DNA from: Candidatus Liptonbacteria bacterium
GTDB lineage: Bacteria; Patescibacteriota; Minisyncoccia; UBA6257; 2-01-FULL-56-20
DNA: 64,000 bases
Reading direction: 5' to 3'
Assembly: GCA_023244895.1 (NCBI GenBank)
Contig: JAHFLL010000001.1
Coordinates: 489,802 to 553,801 of the forward strand
Part shown: positions 29,482-38,116 of the stretch, piece after piece
How positions within the stretch are numbered: the stretch's first letter is position 1
How the letters are laid out: each line of letters opens with the position of its first letter
The notes under the pieces: model-generated
What the model was told of the DNA's origin: nothing
The model's database searches: none
The model's input: the letters and a program-made list of their open reading frames with translations, nothing else
Program-made: the position numbers and the translations under genes

Positions 29482-30318
29482 TTAGGCCTTGCTCTTGAGC
29501 ACCTCAACCACATCCCAAGACTTCTCCCGGCTCATATCCTCTCTGCCCAGGCGGTATAACCCTGCCTCGTTCGGCAAACGAGAATATAGGGGAGAAAAAT
29601 GCGGATAGTAGGGCGGTTGAGATACGGCGTGAAAAACCTCGCGCGGGTTCTCATACGCAAGCTTTTTCTCTAAAAGATGATTGTTGTCCATCTCGCGCAA
29701 TAGAACCAGAACTGCTTGTGTTCCAATGATAATCAAGCTAACGATTAAGCTCATAAGCATACTCCCGTCTCGGATAGCTAAAATAGTTGTTATCATCAAA
29801 ACCGCAAGCGTTATAAGAACAATCCAGTGACCAGTGGTCAGATTGTTTTTCGCGGCCAGTGATATCTCTTGCCGACAAGAAATAATTTTATCTTTCATGT
29901 CTAGGATGCGTTCCAGATATTCTTTTTCTTCAGGACCGACTGCGAGAGCGTTGATGGCCGTCTCTATTCGGTCTACTTCTTTCTCTGTTTGAAAAACATG
30001 ACCGAGCGTTCCAAGGTTTAACTGAGCAATCATATATTGATCAATGGCCTGATGCACGCTCTCCGATTTGTTGTCGCCTATCTTCCTCGCGGTGTCCGCT
30101 ATGGAAATAAGCGAGGCGTTTTCTTCCGCTATCAGGGTCTGTAGACGCAAGTAGTTAGACATGGCGTCCGCAATAAAAAATCCGGCAACAATCGCGAAAA
30201 CCGTGGAAGTTGCGCTCACTAACGTACCCAATTCGTTACCAATCTTAAAAAGTGGCAACAAAAAAGAGACTAAAACAAGACATATCCCGAGCGCGATATC
30301 TTTTTTAAACACACGCAT
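29482..30318 (-). CDS. 4-TM membrane protein (DUF4239/bestrophin-like topology)
   Basis: TM pair, helical insert (LIAEENASL), second TM pair, LLREMDN. Confidence 0.6.
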   Translation of the reverse strand: MRVFKKDIALGICLVLVSFLLPLFKIGNELGTLVSATSTVFAIVAGFFIADAMSNYLRLQTLIAEENASLISIADTARKIGDNKSESVHQAIDQYMIAQLNLGTLGHVFQTEKEVDRIETAINALAVGPEEKEYLERILDMKDKIISCRQEISLAAKNNLTTGHWIVLITLAVLMITTILAIRDGSMLMSLIVSLIIIGTQAVLVLLREMDNNHLLEKKLAYENPREVFHAVSQPPYYPHFSPLYSRLPNEAGLYRLGREDMSREKSWDVVEVLKSKA

Positions 30319-30337
30319 ACTCTTATTGGAATAGTCC

Positions 30338-30451
30338 CTATACGCGCTTCTTTCTAGCCGCGAGCATCTGCCTCTTTATCTCCAAGCGCTTCTTGGTCTT
30401 ATGGGAATGCGATTTCTGAGGAGTACCTACTGTCGTGAATCTTTTTGCCAT
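30338..30451 (-). CDS. Small basic protein, 37 aa
   Basis: MAKRFTTVGTPQKSHSHKTKKRLEIKRQMLAARKKRV; fills the gap and is below the ORF-track cutoff. Confidence 0.6.
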   Translation of the reverse strand: MAKRFTTVGTPQKSHSHKTKKRLEIKRQMLAARKKRV

Positions 30452-30527
30452 ATGTGTATTTGTTGATTAGTTGATTACTTGGTAAGTGTAGCAGGAATAC
30501 CGTTAAAAGAAAATATTTGAGCGGAAG

Positions 30528-30986
30528 CTAGATCTCTAAGACGGCTTGGAAATTGCCCCGGAAAGCCGGGTTCTCGGCGTCTCCCTCGCCCAGCTCTCCG
30601 ACCTTAACCACCACTCTCCCGCCCTCCTTAAAAACACCAATTTCATTTCCCCCGCCCGCAAACCAGCACTGCACGCGCGAAACCTCGTTCGGGTCGGCGG
30701 ACTCGCTTAGTATGCCGGTCTGACCAGCCTCCACCTCGTGACAACTACCGGTATATTTACCCACTGCGCGAGTATTTCCATTTGTAGTGATACTAATGGT
30801 TGTATAGGGAACGCTCTGTTCGTCCGGTTCGGATTCCACAAAACTCCATTTGTAGGACTGGGCAGGAGCTGCTAGCACTTCAGCCCTATTCGTTCCCGCC
30901 TGCTCCCCTGTCTTCTGCATATAGAAATACACGGCCGAAATAGCTACCACCAGAACAACAACCGCGATAATTATTTTTTTACTCAT
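30528..30986 (-). CDS. Membrane-anchored hypothetical protein
   Basis: N-term TM; GKYTGSC...VQCWFAGGGNEI. Confidence 0.7.
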   Translation of the reverse strand: MSKKIIIAVVVLVVAISAVYFYMQKTGEQAGTNRAEVLAAPAQSYKWSFVESEPDEQSVPYTTISITTNGNTRAVGKYTGSCHEVEAGQTGILSESADPNEVSRVQCWFAGGGNEIGVFKEGGRVVVKVGELGEGDAENPAFRGNFQAVLEI

Positions 30987-31076
30987 AAGGTTAATATTTT
31001 ATCATCCTATCCGAAGAAGAGAATGGAAACAAAAAGCTAGGCGTGAACACTCAACCTTTTTGTTTGTCCGAAATTA

Positions 31077-31895
31077 TTATTCGATCTCGTAACGAAGCGT
31101 GACATTAACCGTAATCTCCTGACTCCCTGGCTCAACCGTAGGCGCAGGCGGAGCCTTTACGGACGAAGCGGATTCGGTAGCGGCATAATCAAGCGCGGAG
31201 TTATACACTCGATACGGGGCATAGCCCTCGTCCACGGAGAGCAATCTTCCCAATCTGAATCCAGCGGCGGTGGCAACTTTTTCCGCCCTAGCTTTTGCTT
31301 TCTGTATCGCCTGTTCGCGCGCCTGCTCCTGAATAGTGCTCGGATCATCAATCTGGAAGGACAATTGCGAAACATCGTTCACGCCCCGCGAGACAACACC
31401 GCTCAGAATATCACCAACCCTAGCGAAGTCACGCGCCTTTACCTGTACGGTTTGGGTAATCGTATATCCGACTATCTCGGCAGGCGGACAAACCTTAGAA
31501 ATCACATTCTCCGCCCCCGGTATTAACGGAGCTGGCATAATCTCGCGGCAGGTCGCATACTGATAGCGCGGAGAAAGGCTGTATCCCTGTGTCTTGATAT
31601 CTTTCGCATCCACACCGCTCGATTTCACAAATTCGATTGCCTGGTTAACTTTTTCCGTGTTTTTAGCCTGCAAAGACGCGATATCTTTCCCACCCTCACT
31701 TATCACACTGAAGGTAAATACCGCAACGTCTGGAATAGCAACAATCTTCCCTTCCCCGACAGCCGAAAAACTGCGGAACGAAGACGGCTGAATCGATTTA
31801 TCGTAAGAGCTGACATAGGAAAGAGCGGAATAACCAAACACTAGAACCCCGACAACGATAGCCCCACCTAGAACATTTTTAATTTTTTGATTCAT
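31077..31895 (-). CDS. SIMPL (DUF541) domain protein
   Basis: GEGKIVAIPDVA, DIKTQGYSLSPRY, AREQAIQKAKARAE, EPGSQEITVNV. Confidence 0.93.
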   Translation of the reverse strand: MNQKIKNVLGGAIVVGVLVFGYSALSYVSSYDKSIQPSSFRSFSAVGEGKIVAIPDVAVFTFSVISEGGKDIASLQAKNTEKVNQAIEFVKSSGVDAKDIKTQGYSLSPRYQYATCREIMPAPLIPGAENVISKVCPPAEIVGYTITQTVQVKARDFARVGDILSGVVSRGVNDVSQLSFQIDDPSTIQEQAREQAIQKAKARAEKVATAAGFRLGRLLSVDEGYAPYRVYNSALDYAATESASSVKAPPAPTVEPGSQEITVNVTLRYEIE

Positions 31896-31990
31896 TTTTG
31901 TAAGTTATTTTTAGCCTTTCTATTAGTTTACAGCATATCCGAGAGAAGACAAAGCAACTATTTGTTTGGGTGTTAATCGCCAATAGTGAG

Positions 31991-32085
31991 AGGAGTCTCA
32001 CACGCTCCCCTTCGACAAGCTCAGGGTCGTTTTTGAGACCCTCCTGTTCCAATACCTCCGCCCTTGGAAAACTCCCGTTTTCCAA
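31991..32085. repeat. Cluster of REP-like palindromes downstream of tRNA-Trp
   Basis: aggagtctca...tgagaccctcct enclosing cccttcgacaagctcaggg (32008-32026); ttggaaaac-tccc-gttttccaa. Confidence 0.5.
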
Positions 32086-32155
32086 CTCCTTTCCCTATTC
32101 GATTCCTACCGCCAAAAATGTTTCAACCCGCCACAAGGGCGGGGCAAAACATTTG

Positions 32156-32226
32156 CGGGGGCACTAGGAATCGAACCCAGATCTCTTCTTTTGGAGAGAA
32201 GCATTCTACCACTGAACTATGCCCCC
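32156..32226 (-). tRNA. tRNA-Trp(CCA)
   Basis: GGGGGCA/TGCCCCC, anticodon arm CTTCT-CTCCAAA-AGAAG, T loop TTCGATT. Confidence 0.96.
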
Positions 32227-32253
32227 AATGGTAACGGTTAAATTTAACAGGAT

Positions 32254-32285
32254 AACTTAAAACCCCGCAAGTGCGGGGCTTTAAG
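32254..32285 (-). terminator. Intrinsic terminator after rpmG
   Basis: Minus strand AAAGCCCCGC-ACTT-GCGGGGTTTT. Confidence 0.7.
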
Positions 32286-32294
32286 GTTGAAAAT

Positions 32295-32474
32295 CTATTT
32301 CGCGGTTATCTTGGCTTCCTTGTGGACGGTGTGCTTTCTGCACCAGGCGCAAAATTTCTTGTAAGCGATTTTACGCTCCACGGTCTTCTTATTCTTGGAA
32401 ATATAATAATTCCGCCTCTTGCAGGTTTCGCACTTCAATCCGATAAGCTTGTCGGAACGCTTTACTTTGGCCAT
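32295..32474 (-). CDS. rpmG: 50S ribosomal protein bL33 (Zn-binding type)
   Basis: LKCETCKRRNY..SKNK...KKFCAWCRKHTVHKE; start MAKVK at 32474. Confidence 0.95.
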   Translation of the reverse strand: MAKVKRSDKLIGLKCETCKRRNYYISKNKKTVERKIAYKKFCAWCRKHTVHKEAKITAK

Positions 32475-32531
32475 TTTATTAGTAAGTAGTGAGTAGAAAG
32501 TAGTAAGTAGGATACTACTTAGAACTGGGAT

Positions 32532-32560
32532 ATGGTACCCCAAAAGAACGTTTTAGTCAA
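32532..32560 (-). promoter_or_regulatory. sigma70-type promoter of rpmG
   Basis: TTGACT-17nt-TACCAT. Confidence 0.6.
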
Positions 32561-32568
32561 TTATAATC

Positions 32569-32721
32569 TGAGCCGTTGGCCGGAATTTCACTACTCGCCT
32601 CTCGGTAACCTCGGAGCTGCGCTTTCGGAACCCACGGTTCCGAATAACCTCCTTCTTCGGAGGGAACCCGGTAGCTTTCCCTCCGACACCTCCTTTCGTT
32701 CAAATTGAGCCGTTGGCCGGA
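32569..32721 (-). repeat. 16-bp duplication of the tRNA-Thr 3' end flanking a hairpin-rich insert (137-bp period)
   Basis: tgagccgttggccgga at 32569-32584 and 32706-32721; perfect hairpins at 32624-32644 and 32657-32686. Confidence 0.8.
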
Positions 32722-32965
32722 TTTGAACCGGCGACCTACTCCTTCGCTTACACCCCTATTTTCTAGACACTATTAGGGGACTAGACTGTATCTTATCCCG
32801 CGGAGCGGGACCCCTTGTCAGTCGTTCGAGCCGCTAAGCGGCTACGGTCTTAACCTGTGCAGGTCTTTAACCGTTATTCGGGATTCATCCGCGATGTTGC
32901 CATCGGGATGGGCAGGAGACTTGCGTCCCACCATGGAGTTGCTCTACCAACTGAGCTACAACGGC
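32708..32965 (-). tRNA. tRNA-Thr(GGU), intron-containing (exon 1 32930-32965, exon 2 32708-32744)
   Basis: Joined exons give a 73-nt cloverleaf: GCCGTTG/CAACGGC, ACTCC-ATGGT^AA-GGAGT, GCCGG-TTCAAAT-CCGGC. Confidence 0.92.
32745..32929 (-). ncRNA. Group I intron (185 nt) between tRNA positions 36 and 37
   Basis: Exon ends in U, intron ends in G; P7 GACTG/CAGTC with J8/7 TAAGATA; P2, P4, P5, P6, P8 and P9 stems all visible. Confidence 0.9.
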
Positions 32966-33576
32966 TTATCTACCTTATCAATAAGCCCGACCATTATATC
33001 CCTTAACTTTGTATTTGAAAAGTGGACAGTTATTACCCCGTACCTACTCTTCTTTCGGTAGGTTCCCAGCTTACCAGACCTGGTTACTGTTGGTTTATAA
33101 AACTGGCTCACTCCAACTCCCAGCTCTTTTTTCCAAAAATCCATAGCCTCTTTGGTATCTATGTCCGAGAACGTATGCAAATGGAATTTGAAATTGTTTT
33201 TATCTATCCCGAAAAATCTTTTAAGAAACTTCATAAACGCCAAGATTAGCTTGGGGTCAGAATTGCCCAACCGAACCTGATTTTTATCTGCCTTGGTGCC
33301 CTCGCCCCAATAGAGCCCTACGCCCAGCCCAAATAATCTGAAATCCTCTGGGGTTATGGGCGCGAAAAACTTGAATGGGTCTCCGTTCGGGTTGCATCTA
33401 GCGTAAACCGCATCACTAATGCTCCGTTTTTCTATCGCATATTTCAAAAGCCAATAATTAACTTTATTTTCGGAACAATTCAATATTTCAGAAATCTCTT
33501 TAGCGGATCTCTTCTTCGTTAGGTACAAATCTACAAGCATCTGCTCTGCAATTATCCCTCTATTACCCTTATTCAT
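32956..33576 (-). CDS. HTH + single-motif LAGLIDADG-like (homing-endonuclease-like) protein
   Basis: N-term HTH (SAKEISEILNCSENKVNYWL); LGVGLYWGEGTK helix and RLGNSDPKLI; stop codon lies inside tRNA-Thr(GGU). Confidence 0.7.
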   Translation of the reverse strand: MNKGNRGIIAEQMLVDLYLTKKRSAKEISEILNCSENKVNYWLLKYAIEKRSISDAVYARCNPNGDPFKFFAPITPEDFRLFGLGVGLYWGEGTKADKNQVRLGNSDPKLILAFMKFLKRFFGIDKNNFKFHLHTFSDIDTKEAMDFWKKELGVGVSQFYKPTVTRSGKLGTYRKKSRYGVITVHFSNTKLRDIMVGLIDKVDKPL

Positions 33577-33701
33577 GGCATTTATTTAAATATCGGTTGA
33601 CCTCTTTATTATATACAATTATATCAAACAATATAAGTAAAACAAACTAATGAGATGAAAACTCACGATCCATCTCCCCCCTCTCCTCTGCCCCATAGCT
33701 G

Positions 33702-33774
33702 AGCCACCTCCCGGACTCGAACCGGGGACCTTCACTTTACAAAAGTGTTGCTCTACCAACTGAGCTAAGGTGGC
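33702..33774 (-). tRNA. tRNA-Thr(UGU)
   Basis: GCCACCT/AGGTGGC, anticodon loop TT-TGT-AA, T arm CCCGG-TTCGAGT-CCGGG. Confidence 0.95.
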
Positions 33775-33923
33775 GCTACGAGCCCAATAATAAGGAAAAG
33801 CGGGGTTTTTGTAAAACGGCTAATTGTTAAATTTGGGTAATTTTTGTACAATGAACCCGGTTGGAAAACCAGCCGAATCTCCCTAAAATCCCGCCCTGCG
33901 GGATGGTGGGCAAAACAATATTT

Positions 33924-36900
33924 ATGGCTAAATTTACTCACTTACACACCCACAGCCACTACTCCCTCTTAGACGGCCTGACCCAGATAGACGCTATGGT
34001 AGGTAGGGTCAAAGAGCTGGGGATGGATTCAATTGCTCTTACCGATCACGGCGTACTCTATGGCGCGGTGGAGTTTTACAAGAAAGCTAAGAAGGCTGGC
34101 ATTAAGCCTATTTTAGGCGTAGAGACATATGTCGCTCCCAAAGACCGCTTCAGCAAGGAGGCGGGTGAAAGATACTACCACCTCATTCTACTCGCCAAAG
34201 ACAAGCAGGGCTGGAAAAACCTTATTAAACTAGTCACCGCCGCTCATCTGGAAGGATTCTATTACAAGCCCCGGGTAGACAAGGAACTCTTGCGCCAAAA
34301 TCACGAGGGGCTAATCGCCTCTTCCGCTTGTCTGGGCGGAGAGATAGACCAGGCACTACTGGCCGACAAATTTGATGAGGCGGTAAAAATAGCGAAAGAA
34401 TACGAAGAAATCTTCGGCAAGGGAAATTATTATTTGGAAATTCAAAAGCATCCCCACATACCGGAAGCGGAAAAAGTTTGGCCGCTTAAAATTAAATTAT
34501 CCAAAGAAACCGGAATCCCCCTTATCGCCACCCAGGACAGCCACTACACCTACCCGGAACAGGCGGAATATCATGATATTTTGCTTGCGGTTCAAACCGG
34601 CAATAAACTTTCGGACGACGACCGCCTATCGCTTAAGGAAGACGACTTCTCTATCGCTGGCCCGGACACAATGGCGGAGAGATTCGCGGAGGTGCCGGAG
34701 GCGATCTCCAACACTCAAGTTGTCGCGGACATGTGCAATGTGGAGCTAGAGTTGGGCAAGGTGCTACTGCCGGATTTTCAGAAACCGGACGGCAAGACTG
34801 CCAATCAGTATTTGCGAGAACTGGTTGAAAAAAGAATTGGCAATCGCTTCAAGCCGGAAGAACAGACCAAAGAGGTGCACGACCGCGTGGAATACGAATT
34901 AGGCGTGGTAGAAAAAACTGGTTTCGCGGACTACTTCTTAATAGTGCAAGATCTCATTAACTGGGCCAAAGACCATGGCATAGCGGTCGGTCCCGGCAGA
35001 GGCTCGGCGGCGGGCAGTTTGGTTTCTTATATTCTGAATATTACCGACGTTAATCCCCTGCCCTATGACCTATTGTTTGAACGCTTCCTAAATCCGGAAC
35101 GTATTCAAATGCCAGATATTGATATTGACTTCGCGGACAAGCGCCGGGACGAGGTTTTAGCCTACGCGCGCGACACCTACGGCGAAGATCGAGTGGCCCA
35201 AATTATTACTTTTGGAACCATGGCGGCGCGCGCCGCTATCAGAGACGCGGGCAGAGCCATGGGCATGACTTACGGCTTTTGCGACCAGATTGCCAAGCTA
35301 ATACCTCTCAACGAAAAATTGGCGGTGGCCATTAAAAAAGTGCCGGAGCTCAGTGAATTTTACAATACCAACCCGGATGCCAAAAAACTACTTGATGCGG
35401 CGGCGCACCTGGAGGGAGTCGCCCGCCACGCCTCCGTGCACGCTTGCGGAACAGTGATATCTAAGGAGCCATTGGTAAATGTGGTGCCGCTTCAATTCGC
35501 TCCGCAGGAAAGGAGTAATGTCATCACCCAGTTTGAAATGCACTCCGTAGAAGACCTGGGATTGCTCAAAATTGACTTCTTGGGGTTGCGGAATCTGACT
35601 ATTATTGAGAATACGGTGCGTCTCATAAAAGATTTGCACGGCGTGGATTTGGATATATCCAAACTGCCGCTTAACGACCAAAAAACTTTTGAGCTGCTGC
35701 AGGTCGGCAATACCACCGGAGTATTCCAGTTTGAGTCCAGCGGTATGCGCCGTTATATGAAAGAGATTGTGCCAACCGAATTTGAAGACCTGGTGGCGCT
35801 GGTGGCGCTATTCCGCCCCGGCCCAATGGAACTTATCCCCTCCTATATTAAGCGCAAACACGGCAAGGAGAAGATTACCTATCTACACCCCAAGCTGGAG
35901 CCAATTCTAAAAAACACCTACGGCATAGGTGTCTACCAGGAACAGATGATGCGTATCGCGCGCGACTTGGCCGGCTACTCTCTGGCGGAAGCGGATACTC
36001 TACGCAAAGCTATCGGCAAGAAGATTAAGGAGCTGCTGGACGAACAGGAAAGCAAGCTAGTGAACGGTATGATAAAAAATGGCATAGACAAAAAAATCGC
36101 CAAGGCCATTTGGGAGTTGTTCCCGCCCTTCGCGCGTTATGGCTTCAATAAAAGCCACGCGGTCTGCTATGCTCTAATCGGTTACCGCACTGCCTATCTT
36201 AAAGCGCACTATCCGGAAGAGTTCATGGCGAGCTTATTAAACGCGGAGGTAAATGATATTGAGCGGATTTCTTTGCTTATTAACGAGGCACGCCAGAATA
36301 AGGTAGATATACTGCCTCCCGATGTGAACAAAAGCTTTGTGGACTTCACCCCAGAAGGAGAAAAGATAAGATTCGGCTTACAAGCCATTAAAAACGTGGG
36401 CGAGGCTATCACGCAGGCCATTATTGAAGAAAGAGTAATGCGCGGACCGTTTACTTCTTTTAGTGAATTTTTAACTCGCACCCAACACAAGGATTTAAAT
36501 AAAAAATCTTTGGAGAGCATGATCAAGGCGGGTGTATTTGACTCGCTCGGGCTGGAACGCAATCAGGGACTTTTCAACTCGGATGAAATAGTTAAATTCG
36601 CCTCTAATTTCCGCAAGTCCCAAGAACAAGCCAGTAGCTCTCTCTTCGGAGCAGGCACCATGCCAACGCCAACCCTGATTCTCAAGGAGTGCCCACCCGC
36701 TACCTCCGCCCAAAAATTATCCTGGGAAAAAGAATTGGTAGGCTTCTACCTTTCCGACCACCCACTTAACAGCTATTTAGATGTTATAAAAAGAGTTAAC
36801 GCCAAACCCATCGCCGAAGTGCGCCAAATGCAAGACAGCGATGAAAAAGTGATTATCGCGGGCTGCGTTTCCAGTCTGAAAAAGATCACCACCAAGAGCG

Positions 36901-37094
36901 GACGCGCTATGATATTTGCCAGCGTAGAAGATTTTTCCCCTCAACCCATAGAAGTCGTAGTCTTTAACAGCACTCTCACTAAAACTCTCCCGGTCTGGGA
37001 AGTGGGAAACGTGGTTTTGGTGGAGGGTCATATGTCTTCTCGCAACGACGAGCCCAAGCTGGTCTGCGACAGAGCGCAGAAGATTAATAAATAA
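33924..37094 (+). CDS. dnaE: DNA polymerase III alpha subunit
   Basis: HLHTHSHYSLLDG PHP, GPGRGSAAGS, PDIDID, KIDFLGL, YGFNKSH; start MAKFTH. Confidence 0.98.
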   Translation: MAKFTHLHTHSHYSLLDGLTQIDAMVGRVKELGMDSIALTDHGVLYGAVEFYKKAKKAGIKPILGVETYVAPKDRFSKEAGERYYHLILLAKDKQGWKNLIKLVTAAHLEGFYYKPRVDKELLRQNHEGLIASSACLGGEIDQALLADKFDEAVKIAKEYEEIFGKGNYYLEIQKHPHIPEAEKVWPLKIKLSKETGIPLIATQDSHYTYPEQAEYHDILLAVQTGNKLSDDDRLSLKEDDFSIAGPDTMAERFAEVPEAISNTQVVADMCNVELELGKVLLPDFQKPDGKTANQYLRELVEKRIGNRFKPEEQTKEVHDRVEYELGVVEKTGFADYFLIVQDLINWAKDHGIAVGPGRGSAAGSLVSYILNITDVNPLPYDLLFERFLNPERIQMPDIDIDFADKRRDEVLAYARDTYGEDRVAQIITFGTMAARAAIRDAGRAMGMTYGFCDQIAKLIPLNEKLAVAIKKVPELSEFYNTNPDAKKLLDAAAHLEGVARHASVHACGTVISKEPLVNVVPLQFAPQERSNVITQFEMHSVEDLGLLKIDFLGLRNLTIIENTVRLIKDLHGVDLDISKLPLNDQKTFELLQVGNTTGVFQFESSGMRRYMKEIVPTEFEDLVALVALFRPGPMELIPSYIKRKHGKEKITYLHPKLEPILKNTYGIGVYQEQMMRIARDLAGYSLAEADTLRKAIGKKIKELLDEQESKLVNGMIKNGIDKKIAKAIWELFPPFARYGFNKSHAVCYALIGYRTAYLKAHYPEEFMASLLNAEVNDIERISLLINEARQNKVDILPPDVNKSFVDFTPEGEKIRFGLQAIKNVGEAITQAIIEERVMRGPFTSFSEFLTRTQHKDLNKKSLESMIKAGVFDSLGLERNQGLFNSDEIVKFASNFRKSQEQASSSLFGAGTMPTPTLILKECPPATSAQKLSWEKELVGFYLSDHPLNSYLDVIKRVNAKPIAEVRQMQDSDEKVIIAGCVSSLKKITTKSGRAMIFASVEDFSPQPIEVVVFNSTLTKTLPVWEVGNVVLVEGHMSSRNDEPKLVCDRAQKINK

Positions 37095-37158
37095 GATTTA
37101 GAACTTAGTCATTAGGACCTAGCGGGAGATATACTTCAAACGGAAAATTTGCCCGATT

Positions 37159-37563
37159 CTATCTTTTAAGTAGGCTGGAATGATAAACGTTCGGTTCAAA
37201 AGATTTCATAACCTTCACCTCCGGATGCCAATCAAACTCATCTAAGTGGGATCGAAGAGAATCTGCCAGCTGGACTTGGTCGTAGCCCAAAGCGATAACT
37301 TCCGGACGATGCTGCCTCACCACTCCCCAAGTTTCTATTTCCGCGTCCCCTATCACCACCTGGTCCACCTCGTCTTCGTCCAACAAGTGCTGGAACCTTT
37401 CTTCTAGATTCATTTCCGGTAAATGACCCTTTAAATGTTCAATCACATGGTCCTGCGCCACAACGGCGATCAAGTACTGACCCTGATTTTTAGCTTCTTT
37501 TAAAAACTCGCGATGCCCGCGATGTATACCGTCAAATGTTCCAAACACCATTACCTTACGCAT
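37159..37563 (-). CDS. Cytidylyltransferase-family protein (RibL/FAD synthase-like)
   Basis: FGTFDGIHRGH (HxGH), IALGYDQ, YHSSLL. Confidence 0.88.
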   Translation of the reverse strand: MRKVMVFGTFDGIHRGHREFLKEAKNQGQYLIAVVAQDHVIEHLKGHLPEMNLEERFQHLLDEDEVDQVVIGDAEIETWGVVRQHRPEVIALGYDQVQLADSLRSHLDEFDWHPEVKVMKSFEPNVYHSSLLKR

Positions 37564-37595
37564 TGCAGAATGAATTATGAATTAAGAATTGGGAA

Positions 37596-38039
37596 TTAGG
37601 GATAGTGGATGAGGATGCCCGCGGACTTGCTAAATTCGTGTTCGTCTTTAGCGCCTTCTGAATCTTCCCAGCGCGGACCCATAAAAATATCCGTGACGTA
37701 GCCCGAACCCAAAACATCTCTCCAGAATATTTTAAAATCAGCGTCTGGCAGTGATTCCAAGTTTATGGCGCCGTACACGTCTTCGCTAAATACATCTACC
37801 GCCGAAAAAATAGGAAAGTCATTAGCCTTCCTAAGCTGCTCCGCGAAATCATCTAGGGCGCGAATATTCTCCCATATTTTATCCCGCCCATCCGAAGCAA
37901 TCATTCCAGCTACATATCCTAGCTTCTCTTGATTACCTCTAAACTCCTTAATCGTTGAAAGCAGGGTGGCCTTTAGACTATCCAAGTCTTTTATGGAGTC
38001 TATCTCGGATTGTATTTTATCTCTTATTTTTTTGTGCAT
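37596..38039 (-). CDS. DUF4406/nucleoside deoxyribosyltransferase-like protein
   Basis: GYVAGMI...IFMGPRWEDSEGAKDEHE...GILI, matching the WExSxGAxxE motif. Confidence 0.6.
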   Translation of the reverse strand: MHKKIRDKIQSEIDSIKDLDSLKATLLSTIKEFRGNQEKLGYVAGMIASDGRDKIWENIRALDDFAEQLRKANDFPIFSAVDVFSEDVYGAINLESLPDADFKIFWRDVLGSGYVTDIFMGPRWEDSEGAKDEHEFSKSAGILIHYP

Positions 38040-38116
38040 GTTAAATAGTTGGAATTAGGATTTATTTAGAAATTAGAGCAATTAGAAATTTACTTTCTAC
38101 GCTCTACTCTGTGTCT

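Noticed and set aside
31896-32155. secE downstream of tRNA-Trp
   Set aside because: No ORF with a SecE-like WP motif and TM helix; the 65-68 aa ORFs here run through palindromic repeats.
13202-32155. Prophage or integrase-bearing island next to tRNA-Trp
   Set aside because: No integrase, transposase or phage structural gene, and no distal direct repeat of the tRNA-Trp 3' end was noticed.
33924-37094. Intein in DnaE
   Set aside because: Length is normal, motifs are contiguous, and there is no C...HN-C/S/T insertion.
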